From positions 434,001-498,000 of the forward strand of contig NW_020844031.1 of the NCBI RefSeq assembly GCF_003704095.1: a stretch of 64,000 bases of DNA, read 5' to 3'. Positions 12,901-27,200 of this stretch are shown here, one piece after another. The notes beneath the pieces were generated by a model. That model worked only from the letters and a program-made list of their open reading frames with translations, did not search any database and had not been told where the DNA came from. Numbering within the stretch: the stretch's first letter is position 1; every line of letters begins with the position of its first letter. A program made the position numbers and the translations under genes. Source of the stretch: Pocillopora damicornis (Eukaryota).

Positions 12901-15900
12901 TGTATAGATGTAAATTACATCTTTTTTTTTTATCTGAAGAATACAGTAGGCAAAATATTTTTCAATCATCCAGAACAGTTGCAATTTCTACCTCTAAATC
13001 CAAATCGTGACTGCGCAAAATTTAATGACGCTTTCGATGTGGTCACGTTTCGGGGAACAAATTTACAAACATATTGCACAACAAATTTTCATTAGTCAGC
13101 GTTTGATAGACGATGATAACGTCTTTTCCCTAGTTTTCGACATTCTCCTCGCAAACAACCACTTTAGTGAATGACACTAAGAGGAATTAAACAGCAGATG
13201 GCAAATTTCTTTTCTAAGAAAGAAAGAAAGCCGTAATATATTGGATGTTTCTTCAAGCTCGTCTCGTCCATCAAATTCGAATTAACTCATAAATGCTAGT
13301 CTTTTGTAATCGGAGAGAGAAATTAATCATGGGCAAGGGAACAAATGTCACATTTGCGACGTGTACTGATGATATTGTGATAATATGCGCGTTTTTTTGG
13401 TGGTTACTTCATATCTGTAATTCGTACTGACACATATGGGAAAATAAGTAAAAATTTTTATCTCTTATCACCTCCAAGAACTTTTTGATTGGTGAAAAAT
13501 CAAAAGGAGCCTCATAGCTAATACCTCCCTTAAAAAAATATTTGCTCTTCCTTCAATAAACAATTTCGCAGTTTTATAAAATCTAGAGCGTCAAAGTAAA
13601 AAAAAAAACCATCGATGATTCTAATATTAAACAAAATTTACTCCCAGGACGAAAAGCAGACGACACCAGCCCAATAAACCGCCATATTTGACAGTTCTCA
13701 TAAGCTTGGCTGAATGAAAAATAAACACTCACTACAAAATTTATTGCCATCTCAGCTCTGTCAGTCAAAACATTAATCATACCAAGGAAGGTGAAATCAA
13801 ATCGCAAGGGTATTATCATTTCTAAGGGGTTCTGTACTCCAAAAGGATAAGATTTGAAGAACAACGCTCGGAAACGCATTTCAAAATACTTTGGAAAAGT
13901 CATGTAAGTTTGTTTAAAATTTACCATAAAAGTCTTCCTCTAATGTGTTAATAGGAAATATTTTTTGATGTTGTGTTTAAATGATGGATATGCGATCGTA
14001 CTGGTGTGTCCAACTAACACGGGCGGTGTCGAAAAAAAAACATGTAAGTGATTCTTTAGTTTCTAATTCATCGGAATGATGCAGTCATTTTCAAAGCTAA
14101 ACGGCAAATCGGCCGAAAAAAAATTACGATGATTTTTGAGCCAACATTAGGATATATATAAGCTGTCGTTAGCGAGAGTGCGAATTTCATTGCGGTATTA
14201 GCTTTGTTATAGCAAATTACCCAAATTAAAAGTTGTCATTTCCTCCACTTTGGTTTTCTAGATACTGAATATCTGCAATTTTCTTTCTCGGTGATTTCAA
14301 TCATCAGTTCGTATCATATAATTTTGCTTTAATTTTTCAAAGGAAGCGACAAGGTTCTGACGATTTTCCGTGGAAAAAATAATTTCACCTTTGTACTGAA
14401 ACTAGTCATGCGTTACAATCGGTTTTCATCAGAAGACCATTTCATTGACATAAAAAATTAATTAAATAAGAGAGAAATTTTGATTTAAATTTAAGGCAAG
14501 TAACCTCAGATGTACCTAAAATATTCCTGACTGCATTAATAAAACGGGGTTTAACTCAAATAAAAATCTTTAAGTGGTAAACTCTATTTAAAATATTGCA
14601 ATTAGACATCCTCAACTTTTATTCAACGCAGTATGATGTTCCACTTTTCACATTTAAACAGTAAATCAAGTCTTTTGTATCCTAATGTCAACCCAGAAAA
14701 GGTAGTTATCATTGAAGATGTTTTGAAAAAGACAAGATGAAAAAAACTTGTTTGTTTTGTTTTGTTTTGTTTTTTTGCATTCAAATAAAAAATCAGACAG
14801 TAAAGTAGATCTTCCCCTTGAGGTTCTAAAACCCAATTTTCTCATAATGAGGTGCTGATATAAGATCCATGGAAAGAATTTAAAAAAACATTTACCGGCC
14901 ATTAATCCGATAAAACTCCTGATGTGTAGATGCTGGCAGGTAATTAGCACAAAATTCGATAGTATTGTTGTTCAAAAACCGCTTTTACGAAACTAAGGCC
15001 AAAAGATCCTAAAATGTCAAAAGAAATTTCAAGAAAAGGCGCGACTATTCCCATCAACGGGTAGAAATTTTAATCTCAGATTAGCCTGTGCATAATTCAT
15101 ATTGGAAAAATAACACGAAAGTCCGGCAATTTCGTAGGCAGGGGATGTACGTTTACCTCAACATCAGCAAATGATATTTGTATGTCAAGATTTTTCTCGT
15201 TTTACGGGGCTGACTATGAAACAGAACACTGTAAGTATTTGATAAGTTGTAAATTAATAATCTGTTCTGAATCGATAGCTAAAGGCCCTTTCTACTTCGT
15301 TAGAACTTTAGTTTCTTCCATTCATTATATTGTAAGCTTTCATTGATCGGAACATTTTACAATGTTTTACCTGTGTTTTCGCACTTGCCGAATTAGAGAA
15401 AATTACAGAGAACACAAGAATTGGGAAGCCCAATTCTGATAGTCCCATCCAGTTTTTGCCCACGAAAAGTCACAGAGTTTGATTAAGCTTTAACTTCCGT
15501 TTCTTCGGGGCGCACCATTCGGCGATATTTTCCACACCCGTCCTCAGGGATTCTTTTTAAAGAAACTTCAGTGTTTTTACCATAGATCATTGATCATATA
15601 TTGCTTTTCTCTTAAGATGCTTCTTTAAGATCTTACGACCATTTTTCTCCTAAACTTTTCTTTTTTTTTTCTTTCATTTTGTTTTGGGGGGCAAGAGCTG
15701 GGAGGCCCCATTCAGTGACATGTGGGATTCCTTGGTTCTTTGTCTCGGACATACGCATGCGTTCAAATGACTAGGAATTCCTTTTATTTTCCATTCAAAG
15801 TTTTAGCTCTTTACATTTTGTTGTTGTTTATTTTGCTCAGTTTGTTTCTTTTTTTCGTGCGAAGAAATAAAGACAAGAAGGGACACAGAAAGGGTAGGAA

Positions 15901-18900
15901 ATTATTCTTATGCACCTTGAAATATTTTATCAAATTTGGCTGTCACAGTCATAAACTCAGATTTTAAATAAAAAAAAAAGATGTATGTAAATGCAACAGA
16001 AAGTAACTTTCTCTTCCTAAATAATTATGTAGGTATCATCAAATGAAATTCACAGCTAGTCTAAAGCCATGCATAATTTTTGACCTTATAGCTGCAAATG
16101 CTTTTGATCAGGAACACTATTTATGCCAAAGCCAGGCCTCAAGAACCGGTGGTCCATTCGCTAAGAAATAATGTCTTACAGACACCATAAAGTAATTACA
16201 AGAAGTCAAATACCGGTATTTCAGTTTGATTTTCCTGATTCGTGGCCTAGAAGAAGATGGCTGAGCTGAATTTGCGGTTGTCCCATATGTGGCTAATCTG
16301 TCGAAAAACTAAGTCTTCAAAATCTGGATCGCATAATGTGATAAAATTCAAAAGAGTTCCTAGAAATTAAGAAATTTGTTCAGCTTCATACATGTCTTTT
16401 AAAATAAGAAAGCTCCATTTTCCTTTTTGAAGTGCCGTCTACAAGAGTTTGCGATTGATAACGACAGTTAAGATTTATCTATATTGATCTGTCAGACACC
16501 AAAGATTATTTATCAGAGGGTTTTTGCACGCAATGAAATATATTTCGGGACGTTTACGAAGGAGGAAAATCTGGATTTACACAGGCAAAGCAAACGGAAG
16601 CAGGGTGTAAGACAAAATGTCAATTTTATCAGCGATAGGTAAATGAAATAGGCATATTTACCGACAAATACTCCAGTTCGTGTCGTATAATTACATCATA
16701 TATTTGACCTTAACAGAAACAGACGAAATGATTGTCAAATATAAAAACAAAAAGCGCTCTGTATGTGGAGCTGAAAAGTTCAATTCTAACGCAAAACGGA
16801 AGCTTGTGACAAAAAGGCTCGGATTGAACTGTTCTTTGTAAAAGGTGAGGTGCTTAGCTCTAAGTAGAATTTCAAACTTTGCGAAAAGTCTCTGTGAACA
16901 TTTGCATAGAAGTGTTTCAAGATTTCGCCATTGTTTCAGTTTAGCGATTTTAAAAATTGACTGCTTATAATTCTGGTTAAAGACAAAGATCCCGAAAACC
17001 GCAAACCAAAAGCTTTCTAAGTAATACGTCCCAGCCAAAAATGTTCTTCTCTAAAATATGTAGAGCTAACAGATCTCCCGTTGATAAAATATCTTATCAA
17101 TTATACAATTTAGAACATTACTAGCGGCCTCATTAAAAGTAAGTTTGACGCTGATAAGCAAGTGTTTGGATTCTGAAAAATTCTATAGCGTCATTTAATG
17201 AATAAACAAAGTAATTCCTGGTAGCAACACTAAAGAGCTTTAGCCTTTCTTTGTGGTGTTCATAAAATATCTATGTTATGTAGATTTTGGTGTTATTTAG
17301 ATTACGCCAGTCTCATTTGTAATTAACACCATCGTGAAATTGAAAAGGAAAATGCGTTTCCTTCACATGTAGTTGAACGAGACACTTGGCAAAAATCCTA
17401 CTCGGAAAGTGTGACAATGAAAAGGTCGGATTGTGTTGGGAAGAAGGCCAACCCTTGCACAATTTCAAACGTGTTTTCAGACTTTTGGTAAACACGCTAA
17501 ATTGTATATAAATCATTTTCAATGACTGATAATAATTCTACCAACAAAAAAGGAAAGGAAGAGAAACTTTTACAGGAAAACTGCTGCGGCGGAAAACGTT
17601 CAAAAACTTGAGGTAGGGTGGCGTTTTAAATGATGTTGTGTCGTCGCGGTAGATACCTTCAAAAATCGTGTCACGAGAATAGTCGCAGTTTTTTTTTTGT
17701 TTTTGTTTTTTTTTTGCTGTTGTTTTAATAACAAATCCAAAACGTCCATGATGACGATTTTAAGTTCCTCAAACAAAGGCTCAAATGAGTAGTTTGACAC
17801 GGCGATTTCTGACTGATGAAAATTACGAAATATTGTCAATGCAACTCGGAAAAGTGTTCGGGGATCATGGAAATTTCTCGATAAAATTTGCTGATTATTT
17901 AAATCAGGCTGTATTATTTTTCCCTCAGGCTAAATAGTCAAATGGCAAAAGATCTTTCATATCATCAAGGAAAATAAGATTTTTCAATGTAAAAATTAAT
18001 GATAAAATATTTCTGAGTTTCAGTCAAGTGCACAAGGTTGTGAAGTTTATTCGCTGTGGTTTCTAGCTTGAGCCGGGCACAAAATACCAAAGACCTTTTA
18101 TAGCATCATAAAATTTTTTTAGAAACGCGACTCGGTGACTCAGTTAATTTGTCAGTGTTTTGCTACAATAATTAAGTCATACAACGACAAAATGCAAATT
18201 TTTAGAGTAATTTTCAGTCATAGATTACAAACCACGTCAAATTGTATCACAAAACACCAATTCGTATCAGATATCTACGAGCATTTCCAGTTTTAATCAT
18301 CTTCAAAACAGCAGTTTTAAATGATTTTCCTAATTCATTGATGGTGTATCTGTGCCGATCTGTTAAGTATTAAATGAATAATTTTTTTATTGGAGAAACG
18401 TTTAACATGACGTGTTACACCGAAAACTTGCTTGACCAATTATTTACTGTAAATTCTTTCAATTTGTCCGTTTTACTGGATTAAGCGGGGCCAGAAATTA
18501 TCTTCTAAAACTTTCAACTTCGTGGTGAACCAAGATTTTCCTCTTAATTGAGTCATAACATGCCATGAATCGGCTAAGTGAGACTTGGTCATAAGGCCTA
18601 GAAGCATTTTTCAAATGTGCCCTCCATCCCATCCACTGTACATTCTGTTTTCGAAAAAATAACAGTGGTCCAGTTAATTGCAAATCGTATCCTCTTGTGT
18701 TTACCCAAGTCGCAGTGTAAGTTTGTGTCAAACTCCCTCACAAAACAACGTGTTTAACGTTCTCAGGGAGATTTGGTTGTTCGTTTAAAACCTGCGTCGT
18801 AAGACTGAGGAAGTTATACATAGGCACTGTTGAGTTAACTATGGGAGGTCAATATTACGAGATTACCATCACAACGATGAGACATGTTCAAATCAAAGAA

Positions 18901-21613
18901 CACTGACATCCGTTGTAAGCGGAGACTATCGCCGGCTCCCGATTGCATGTAAGTTCGTGTACTTAAGCAGCAGACCGTCGGGAAACCTAGAAAAGTCATT
19001 GTTGGTTTTACAAACAGGTGTGTCCCATGACAACGCTGTGCCATTTGAAAGTAAAATAAACGGAGTAATTCAATTTTTGTGGCATCCCTGTGTCTTCGTT
19101 GCCAAACTGGCGAACGAATACATGTGAAGGGACCTAAACCTGGCTTTACTCTGAACTCTGAATACATAGATAGCATCCCTCGAGCACTGCAAGAGGGACT
19201 GTTATCACCAACAAAAAACAAGCATCATCCTATTGCATCACTGTGGTGCTAATTTCCTCTCGTCAATCGCATCGTTGACCTTCTTTTCATTTTTAAAGTA
19301 AACTCAAATATATTAATATGATGGATGGGACAAATCGTATTTGTTTAAACACACCCATAATGGAATTTTTTAATAAACTTGGAATATCCCTTTACAACAA
19401 ACTATTCTGTCTGGTGTTGATGGTATTTGATCGGCCGTTTGCAAAGATAACAACTCAACTTGAGTTTCTGTTTGATGGTTTCACGGATGAAATGTTTCTC
19501 TATCCCTGCTATTTTTTAGGTTGTTAAAGTCATTTCTTTTCCAGGAAGTATTTCTCCCCTGAAATTATTGTCGTCTTTGCCTCAATAAACAACAACTTAG
19601 CCCAGATGGTTGCAAAAAGGTTTCGTGCCTTCTACCCCACTGACAAATGTCTGTTTGGCTAATGGACTTACAAGTCATGTGAACTGCAGTTTCCGTTCGT
19701 GTTGATTGATGTATAAAATACCATCAAGGCTAATAATATTTGATCTGAGAGTTACCTTTTCAATTGGGTGATAAATTCAAGGACTATTCAAGAGTCTTAT
19801 CTACTTGGAATTAAGTCGGAACTCGTGCTTCACTTAACAGTGAAGTCCGTTTACTAACCGTTTGGACGTTTGAATTGTATTGTTTGAGGACGGTTACGTT
19901 TTGGATTAATCGTACAAGATTACCAAGCGAGGTAGGGCTCCTAGAGAGCTGTGTTTTGATGTCTCGTTACTTTTTATTTCCAGGCAATTATCAAATGCAA
20001 CAATCGGAATAGATTAAACGCAGATCATTATTAACAGGTTGTTTCGGAAAATTTTCACGGTCATGTATGCAAACATGAATAGATTTAGTTTGGAAATGTG
20101 GGAGATCTGAACCTCATATTTGTTGATTCCATCTTTTTAACCTGGATTTAACCCAGGAGAAAGGTATTCTGAGACTCTTAGAATAAAACGTGTCTTCGCT
20201 GTGGTCAACTCATACTTAATCGACCGTGCCGTAAGAAAATTAGGTCTTATTGCTTCTCTCAGACGGTGGTAAGCAGTTGCTGCACCTCATATAGAATCTC
20301 AATTATTTAAAAACACTCCTTGATTGCCACAACGATTGATGTAGTCCTTAACCTCGATACATGCTTCCTGAATGAACTGAAAACCAATTAATAAAAGCAG
20401 TAAAAACAGATTTATTTATTTATTATCTGGAAATCAGTGAATTTTGCCTCTCTACTCACGCAGTCCACAACGTAAGCTGTCTCATCCAGGTTCTCACTGG
20501 CAAAACATTTACATAATCGACAACAAAGCTGTAACGAAATATTTATCAGAACTGGCCCAATGATTGTTAGTTACATAAATGGACTTTGAAACCCTAGGCG
20601 CACTGGTCTGTTGTCGAATTTTATCTTGTGACAATGAGTTAAACATGTTCCAATGCTTTATAACAGGAACGTTACTACAGGAACACTTCGTGCGATTTGC
20701 GCGGCTATTTTCGACTGGAATTCAGCCGTTGTCATCGACTTTCGGTTCCTTCTCACCTCTGTCTAAATATCAGCACTAATCCTTCGTTATTTGCTCATTT
20801 GTTAGAACTCATAATTGCTATTACATACAAATTTTCCTTGTAAGGATTTGGGCAGAAGGGTAGCGATACAAATGTTTAAAACGCTAGAGTCTCTTAAAAT
20901 GTTCATCATCTCAAGTTACTGTTTAATGAAGCTATCGCTATCTCGGAGACTCCATCTTCTGCCTAGGCGTTGACAACTTACGAACGATCTTCACTGAGCC
21001 AGAGCGCGATTTTTTACATGGGGAGAAACCACCAAATTCAAAATGTGTACAACTTCAGCTTGTTTTTTAACTTTTATAGAAGGTTTGAGGTTTGACATGA
21101 AGTTATAATTATCTTATTCTGATCTATTCTAACAACATACGCTGAAAGAAGTCAACTGAATAGTTGTCTTTCAATGTTGTTGGCGGCTTTTAAAAGCTTT
21201 GTTCATAATATTGAAGCTAGAATTTCAACCAGGGTTTTTTCATTTCCATAGAGCAGATTACTTTGTATCAAATTAAATTTTTTCTATTTTTATCTTTTAT
21301 TTCATTGATATCTTTCCAAATATTACTCCTCAATCGTTGCAATTGCAGTTTGCTCTTTAATTTCTAAATATTTTGAAGCGCCGTTTTTTCCAAAAGTTAC
21401 TTATTAAGTTGTTTTATCATTTTGTGTCTGATTGCAGATTTTTGGATCCAAAAGTTTCTTCCGCCGAACTTAAGTGCTATCTACAACCACTTGGTTGAAA
21501 ATAATTGACATATTTATCTGTAGTTGTCTCTTTTTTCCAGACTGAAGTGAGCAAGTACTTGTTTGTTGGCCTCCAGTAAACATTTCACATTTCGACAATT
21601 TGTTCTTGTAAGG

Positions 21614-22705
21614 ATGATTTATCCTGGTAACTCCAGCTACCCTAACGCAAGTCAATCGGTCGGCCCGCGTCCTGAACTGGAACCGAGATACGCCGTGACT
21701 CTTCGCCTTACCTTAAGTGCTATCATCTGCTCCATTGGAGTTGTGGGTAATATTTTGGTTGTCATCATCACAGGAGCAAACCACGGTGGTAAAACCGCTG
21801 TACACAAGTACATCCTCAACTTGGCCATCGCAGATATCAGTGTACTGGCAATTTGTTACCCGCTTACTCTTGTGAAAGCCGCGGATCCTGAAAACTGGCC
21901 GCTCGGAAGGTTTGTATGCAAGTTTGTGTACCCGTTTACGGATATCTTCTACAGTGCTTCCATTGGCTCCATCGTTGCCATAGCAATGGACCGCCACACA
22001 GCAATCGTTCGTGGAATGACAGCGTACAGGTCGAGGACGATTGCTAAATGGGTGATCCTGGCGATCTGGATTGCAAGCTTCATGAGTTCCGTGTTTCCAG
22101 TTTACTTGGTGATGGAATACATAGAGAACAATAGTACAGTTGACTGTACTCCAAAGTGGCCAAGTCACACCACTTTTGCCGCTTACGTGTTTTCTTTAAC
22201 GATTTTTTGGTACGTTATACCGCTGTTCTTGATTCTCTGGGCATACCGGCAGATCGCGTGCAAAATTCGCGACAGCAAAATACTCCACCAAAAAATGCAC
22301 AATATGGTTGGCTCTTACAAGAGAGAAAGGAAGAAGAAATTCGAAACTGCAAACACCAAAGCTCTTAAAATCCTCGTGCCGGTGGTGATTGTCTTTGCTA
22401 TAACTATGTTTCCCTTTCATCTTTTTCAAGTAGTCAGAGTTTTCGTTGACGTGGGTCACATGAAATACATTTGGGTCGTGTATAACATATTTATTACTCT
22501 GATGCTGACAAACAGTGCTGCAAATCCGATTATTTACTCCCTTGTGAGCGAGGAGTTTCGGCAACAGTTCAAAAACATTTTGTACTTTAAATGTCAGCGT
22601 CTATGCCTCGAGCCGAGGAAAAAACATGATGCATCTATCACATATCGATATTCTCTTTCAGTAACTGCGCCTCCACCAAATCCTGACCGAGAGACAGATG
22701 TGTGA
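21614..22705 (+). CDS. Rhodopsin-like (class A) GPCR of neuropeptide-receptor type (galanin/allatostatin/somatostatin-like); single coding exon
   Basis: Seven hydrophobic segments with GVVGN (TM1), NLAIAD (TM2), WPLGRFVCK, AMDRH (TM3), YVIPL (TM5), NSAANPIIY (TM7); N-glycosylation sites NSS/NAS. First ATG at 21614 (the track's 21563 start is TTG); likely 5' UTR splice acceptor at 21436-21437. Confidence 0.92.
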   Translation: MIYPGNSSYPNASQSVGPRPELEPRYAVTLRLTLSAIICSIGVVGNILVVIITGANHGGKTAVHKYILNLAIADISVLAICYPLTLVKAADPENWPLGRFVCKFVYPFTDIFYSASIGSIVAIAMDRHTAIVRGMTAYRSRTIAKWVILAIWIASFMSSVFPVYLVMEYIENNSTVDCTPKWPSHTTFAAYVFSLTIFWYVIPLFLILWAYRQIACKIRDSKILHQKMHNMVGSYKRERKKKFETANTKALKILVPVVIVFAITMFPFHLFQVVRVFVDVGHMKYIWVVYNIFITLMLTNSAANPIIYSLVSEEFRQQFKNILYFKCQRLCLEPRKKHDASITYRYSLSVTAPPPNPDRETDV

Positions 22706-23021
22706 AATGGAGAGTCTTGAAGCTAAACTCAAATGAACTTATCAGCCAATGAAATCTCAGAGTGAAAACATTAACGAAAAAATAATAATAATAATAAAAC
22801 GGATAAGGCCATATCAGGAATGAGGCGCTATAAAAAGAACTGGTAATTTGGGAGAGAGTTTGAAAATACTACTTATCAAACGAGCGCCTGCTTCTCATGA
22901 GCCTTCAGTTGTATTTTATAGGCACGCACAGTGTGCTAAGAGGACAGGACAAAAGTGACTAAAGCTTCCATCCCCAACCTTGAACCCTAAGAGGGATTCA
23001 CGCGTAAGTTCTTCTGATCAT

Positions 23022-23298
23022 AGAGCAGTTTTCAATGAGTATCGAAATACCAAATAATAATGACTACCAATCAGAGAAACGGTTAACATCCTCATTTTTC
23101 AATGAGAATTTGAGGTAAAAAAACAAGCAACCTGCCTGAAGGGCGGGAAAACGCGACAGACCAAGTTGGGATTTGTTTTATTTTTACATTTGATTGGATG
23201 GGTGGGTGGTGAGAGTTTTCTAGACCAATCACAGAGTGAGATAAAACAAATCCAAAGTAATCCAGGATCACTTTTAAGACTAAATTGAAAACTGCTCT
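23022..23298. mobile_element. MITE with TIR AGAGCAGTTTTCAAT...ATTGAAAACTGCTCT and internal CCAATCA motifs
   Basis: Perfect 15-bp terminal inverted repeats; related copies at about 33070-33287, 40103-40365, 51297-51450 and 52781-52935. Confidence 0.8.
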
Positions 23299-24259
23299 TG
23301 TATTAAAAAAGTTTGATAAGAATGAACAAGCTTATAAGCTATGGGGCGTTATCTTGATAAAACAACAAGTTCTCTTAACTAATTTGTAAGGAAACGTATA
23401 GCAGTTTGAGGGAGAGGTAAGATCAGATGTAAGGAGTACAGCGCAACCATACTTAAAACCAGAATTAATTAAAACTATCAGAATCATTTCCAGATTTCCT
23501 TGGAGCGAATTGGAGAGAAGGTAACCTTTCGGGGGAGGGAGGGGGGGCATGGGAGGGAGAACAAAGTAATGGCGTCGAAAGTCTCTTCATAACACGCTTT
23601 CCCAGACCTGTTTATAAGCACGTGTGTGGTATGTTTTATGATCAAAAGGAAATCTTTACAATCAGAGAAACATATGATTGCATTTTTTCCCAAATGGTTT
23701 GATATGAATCAGTATATGCTACAAAAACGATTACTAAATCGAAGTAAAACAATTTTGTTCTAAACACAAGATCGTGCACATCAGGTAAAATGTAAATTCC
23801 TTATCAGTAACCCTTCATACTGTGCTATGTTCAAGCGCTTTCACCTTTCTTTTTGTTTGGTCTTTGAGAAGAAAAATCCTTAAATAAACTATATAAAAAC
23901 TCAAATAGGAGTTAAAAACTTAGAAGAGCTGGGAACCAAAAGGAATAAATTCAGCGTACAAACTCAGTCTCAAATCTTCCCGCAGGCGGAGAACGCACGT
24001 CCTGCAGCGCAATCTAAGAGGGCTTTCTCGAAGGCTAATGAAATAAAAGAGTATGAACAAAACTGACAAAGCTTCGCCTGATTTATTCATTCTATGATAA
24101 AAGGAAAAAGTTACAAAGGCAACTAATGACTTTATAAATAGTTCTAAGATTTACTATAAGCGCCCTCCTCAGCTTTTGCCGCTAAACGCTGTTTATTATC
24201 AAAATAACTGTACGTTGAAGATATTTCTTGATTATTTACATTGATCAATGAATTCTGCA

Positions 24260-27200
24260 TTAGAATTCTTCCACTACCCATTCGTTTTCTGTGATAAACG
24301 CATCTATGACCTCTTTCATAACGAGGTTTGGAGTCAATTGTTCTTGTTTCAAATCCGTTCTTGTCACGGGATCAAAATGGCCAACACGCTAAGAAAGAAA
24401 AAAAGGAAAAATGGCTACAAATATACATCTGAACTGAAGATGATAACAATGCACGCTGGTGAACACCGACGCGTACTAATTCTTGTGAAAAAAATTACAA
24501 TATTCGATGTCGAAACCCCAGTCTCGATTTTCCCAAATCTTCGTTGGAGAGCTCGTTAATCTTTCGATATACGTGTCCAATCAAATAATAGCACCAGCAC
24601 CTAGAGTTCCCCGAAATTCTCACGCCAGAAGAATACGTCGCGTTACTTGAAAATATCGAGATAAACCCCGCTGGATAAAGAAGTTCCGGAATACCAGGAA
24701 TAACATCACAATTATTTCATGTCACCGCGTTTTTTTCGCAGATTGACTAGCACCATGATAACCAAGCAAACCTGTTTTTTTTTCTAAAAAGATGTTTAGA
24801 CTGACATACCTGCAAATGTTCTTCAATGTGTTTACGATCGTATCTACGAGAGTTAAAAGTTTCCAACATTGTCCAGAAGTAATTAGCTGGCATCTGGGCG
24901 CAGCAGAGAAACGCCATGTTACAGCTTGCATAAGGATGTGCTACTGGACTGGGTGCGGTTTATAGCCTTCCCTTCCTCACACTCTCTCTCCTTCCTCACA
25001 CTCTCTCTCCTCCCCCACACTCTCTCTCTCTGTTAGGAATCTTAATCTGCTCTAAGAAGTAATTTTTTTCGCTACATATTAATTCAGAGATAAATCATAA
25101 GGTTTCTGGAATATACTTTATCCAAGTCTCCATGATAAACTCGGTTCTAATCTTAAATGTTACGCCAAAACTTCAAAGGTAACAAGGGCAGGGTTTTCAC
25201 CTTGCACAGAAGCAAAACCTTCACATCTGAATTTCAGTCAAAGTCTTCCCAGAGGGCTTTTCACTGGAAACAATTCCAGTGATTTTTCCAATTGGCAAAT
25301 TAATCAATTATATAAAAAAGATACGTGATTCCACTTGGTGTAATGACTGGATCCTTCATGAGTTCAAAACTAATTTGTCCACACAAGAAGTCTGGCACCT
25401 CTCTTTTCTGTAAGAAACCAGGAAAAATATTTCAGAGGAAGAAGTTGGGTTTCTGGCTTTCAAAGAACAAATTAAAGTGACAGTAAACAGGCAACAGAAC
25501 ATAAAACCAATAAAACACAATCATTGATTAACTTCAGAAAACTGTATTTGAACAAGTCATGGCAAATCTTGATTTACTGTCTCTCAACTCACAATTCAAA
25601 TTCTGATAACTGTAATTACCATAGCCTCACAAGAGCTTAAATTGCCCATCCTCTAAGAGCCTAAACTGATTTTGTACCAAGAAGTGACTAAGAGAATTGC
25701 TAGTCTCCCTGGGTGAGATGCTAGTCCATCACAAGGTTACCCTTCCATCCCCTCCCCTCCCCTAAAAAAAATGTGTAAGGCTTTAATGACAGCACCCTAG
25801 CACCCATTTATGGGTGGAGAGAGGCATTGCAAGAGCAAGGTGTCCCACCCAAGAACACATCAAAATGACCAGATCTGGTCTTGAACTTAGACCTGTTAAT
25901 TCACTGATATGAAGCACTGATTTTATTATAAAAAATATAACTGTTTCATCAAGCTTTACTGGTACAGTAGGTGAATAGGATGTTAAACTTTACATTCTGA
26001 TACCTGCACTGACTACCTCCGATGGGAAAATCTAAGACTTTAAACTTCATCCTCACCATTGGAGTTATAATTACTACCAGTGACTCACACTGTTTCTTAA
26101 GATAGTCATAATACATTCAGCAAACTGAGGTAAGAAGATGAGCTCTCACCTTTCGTCTGACATCAACTTCTTTAAAAAGGCTATTTACTTCTGATAGTCT
26201 TTTATCCTGGAAAAAAGATGCAACAACAATTAAGCAACAACCTACTGACTTTGGGGCGTATTGATGAAAAGGTGAGCATGTTGCATTTGTCAATGCAAGA
26301 AAAAAAAACCAAACTTTACTCACACATTCCAATTCAATTTTATCAAGTTCTTCTTTATCAGGATCTTTTCCTGCAGCTTTAATTTGTCTGAAAAAGGTTA
26401 ATTAATAATGTTAACCCTTTAACTCTCAGCAGTGATCAATATGCAACTTCTCCCAATAATATCTATACATTATCCAGCACACAGGTAATGAGAATATTCA
26501 AACTTATCAGGTAGAAGTTGTCATCTTGATCTAACACCTAATTCTTGTAACTAATATACAAGGAAATGTGTAGCAGCTAGAGAGGAGAATTAACAATCAG
26601 ATCTTGGGAGTTAAAGGGTTAAACCCTTAATATCCTAACATAATTCTATATACTGTTTTCCATACATTTCTTAAGGAGCAGACAAAGAGAATTGTTGAAC
26701 AATCGAGAGCTTCTTTGGTTGGTGATCATTTCCTTTATTCTCATGACCTTACTGTGTGATTCAGGGGTGATATTGTAAGGAGAAATTAGATGCTGGTCAC
26801 TCTTAGTGGTCAAAAAGTTACCCACTGGCAGCTCAAAAGCTGATACAGGTGACTGACAAAGTTAAAAGGGTAATGTCAGAGTCACCAAAAAAAGTTTACC
26901 TCTTCTTATCATCAAGGATTAGATTATTCAAATATGACTGGAGCTCTATTTCCTGGCTAATTCGTCTTTCTTCTGCAACACTAAATCTCTGGAATAACAA
27001 TATTGAAAATGAGACAAAATTAGATCTGACAACTAGCACACTTAAATTTGTGTTGTTCGTTGTGGAAGTAACCAGAGGTTCAAGTACATCTAACAATGCC
27101 TAATGTCTTGTCATCTGTCATCAGTCACTCATTTTGATTTTTTCCAAATTTTCTTTCAAGCCAAAAGTTTATATTTTCCATTTACATACAGTTAGCTTAC

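Noticed and set aside
18498-19527. Cluster of 69-128-aa ORFs in the gene-free interval
   Set aside because: No recognisable motifs or consistent exon chain; lengths expected by chance.
21713-22564. Antisense and alternate-frame ORFs within the GPCR
   Set aside because: Shadow ORFs of a real coding strand.
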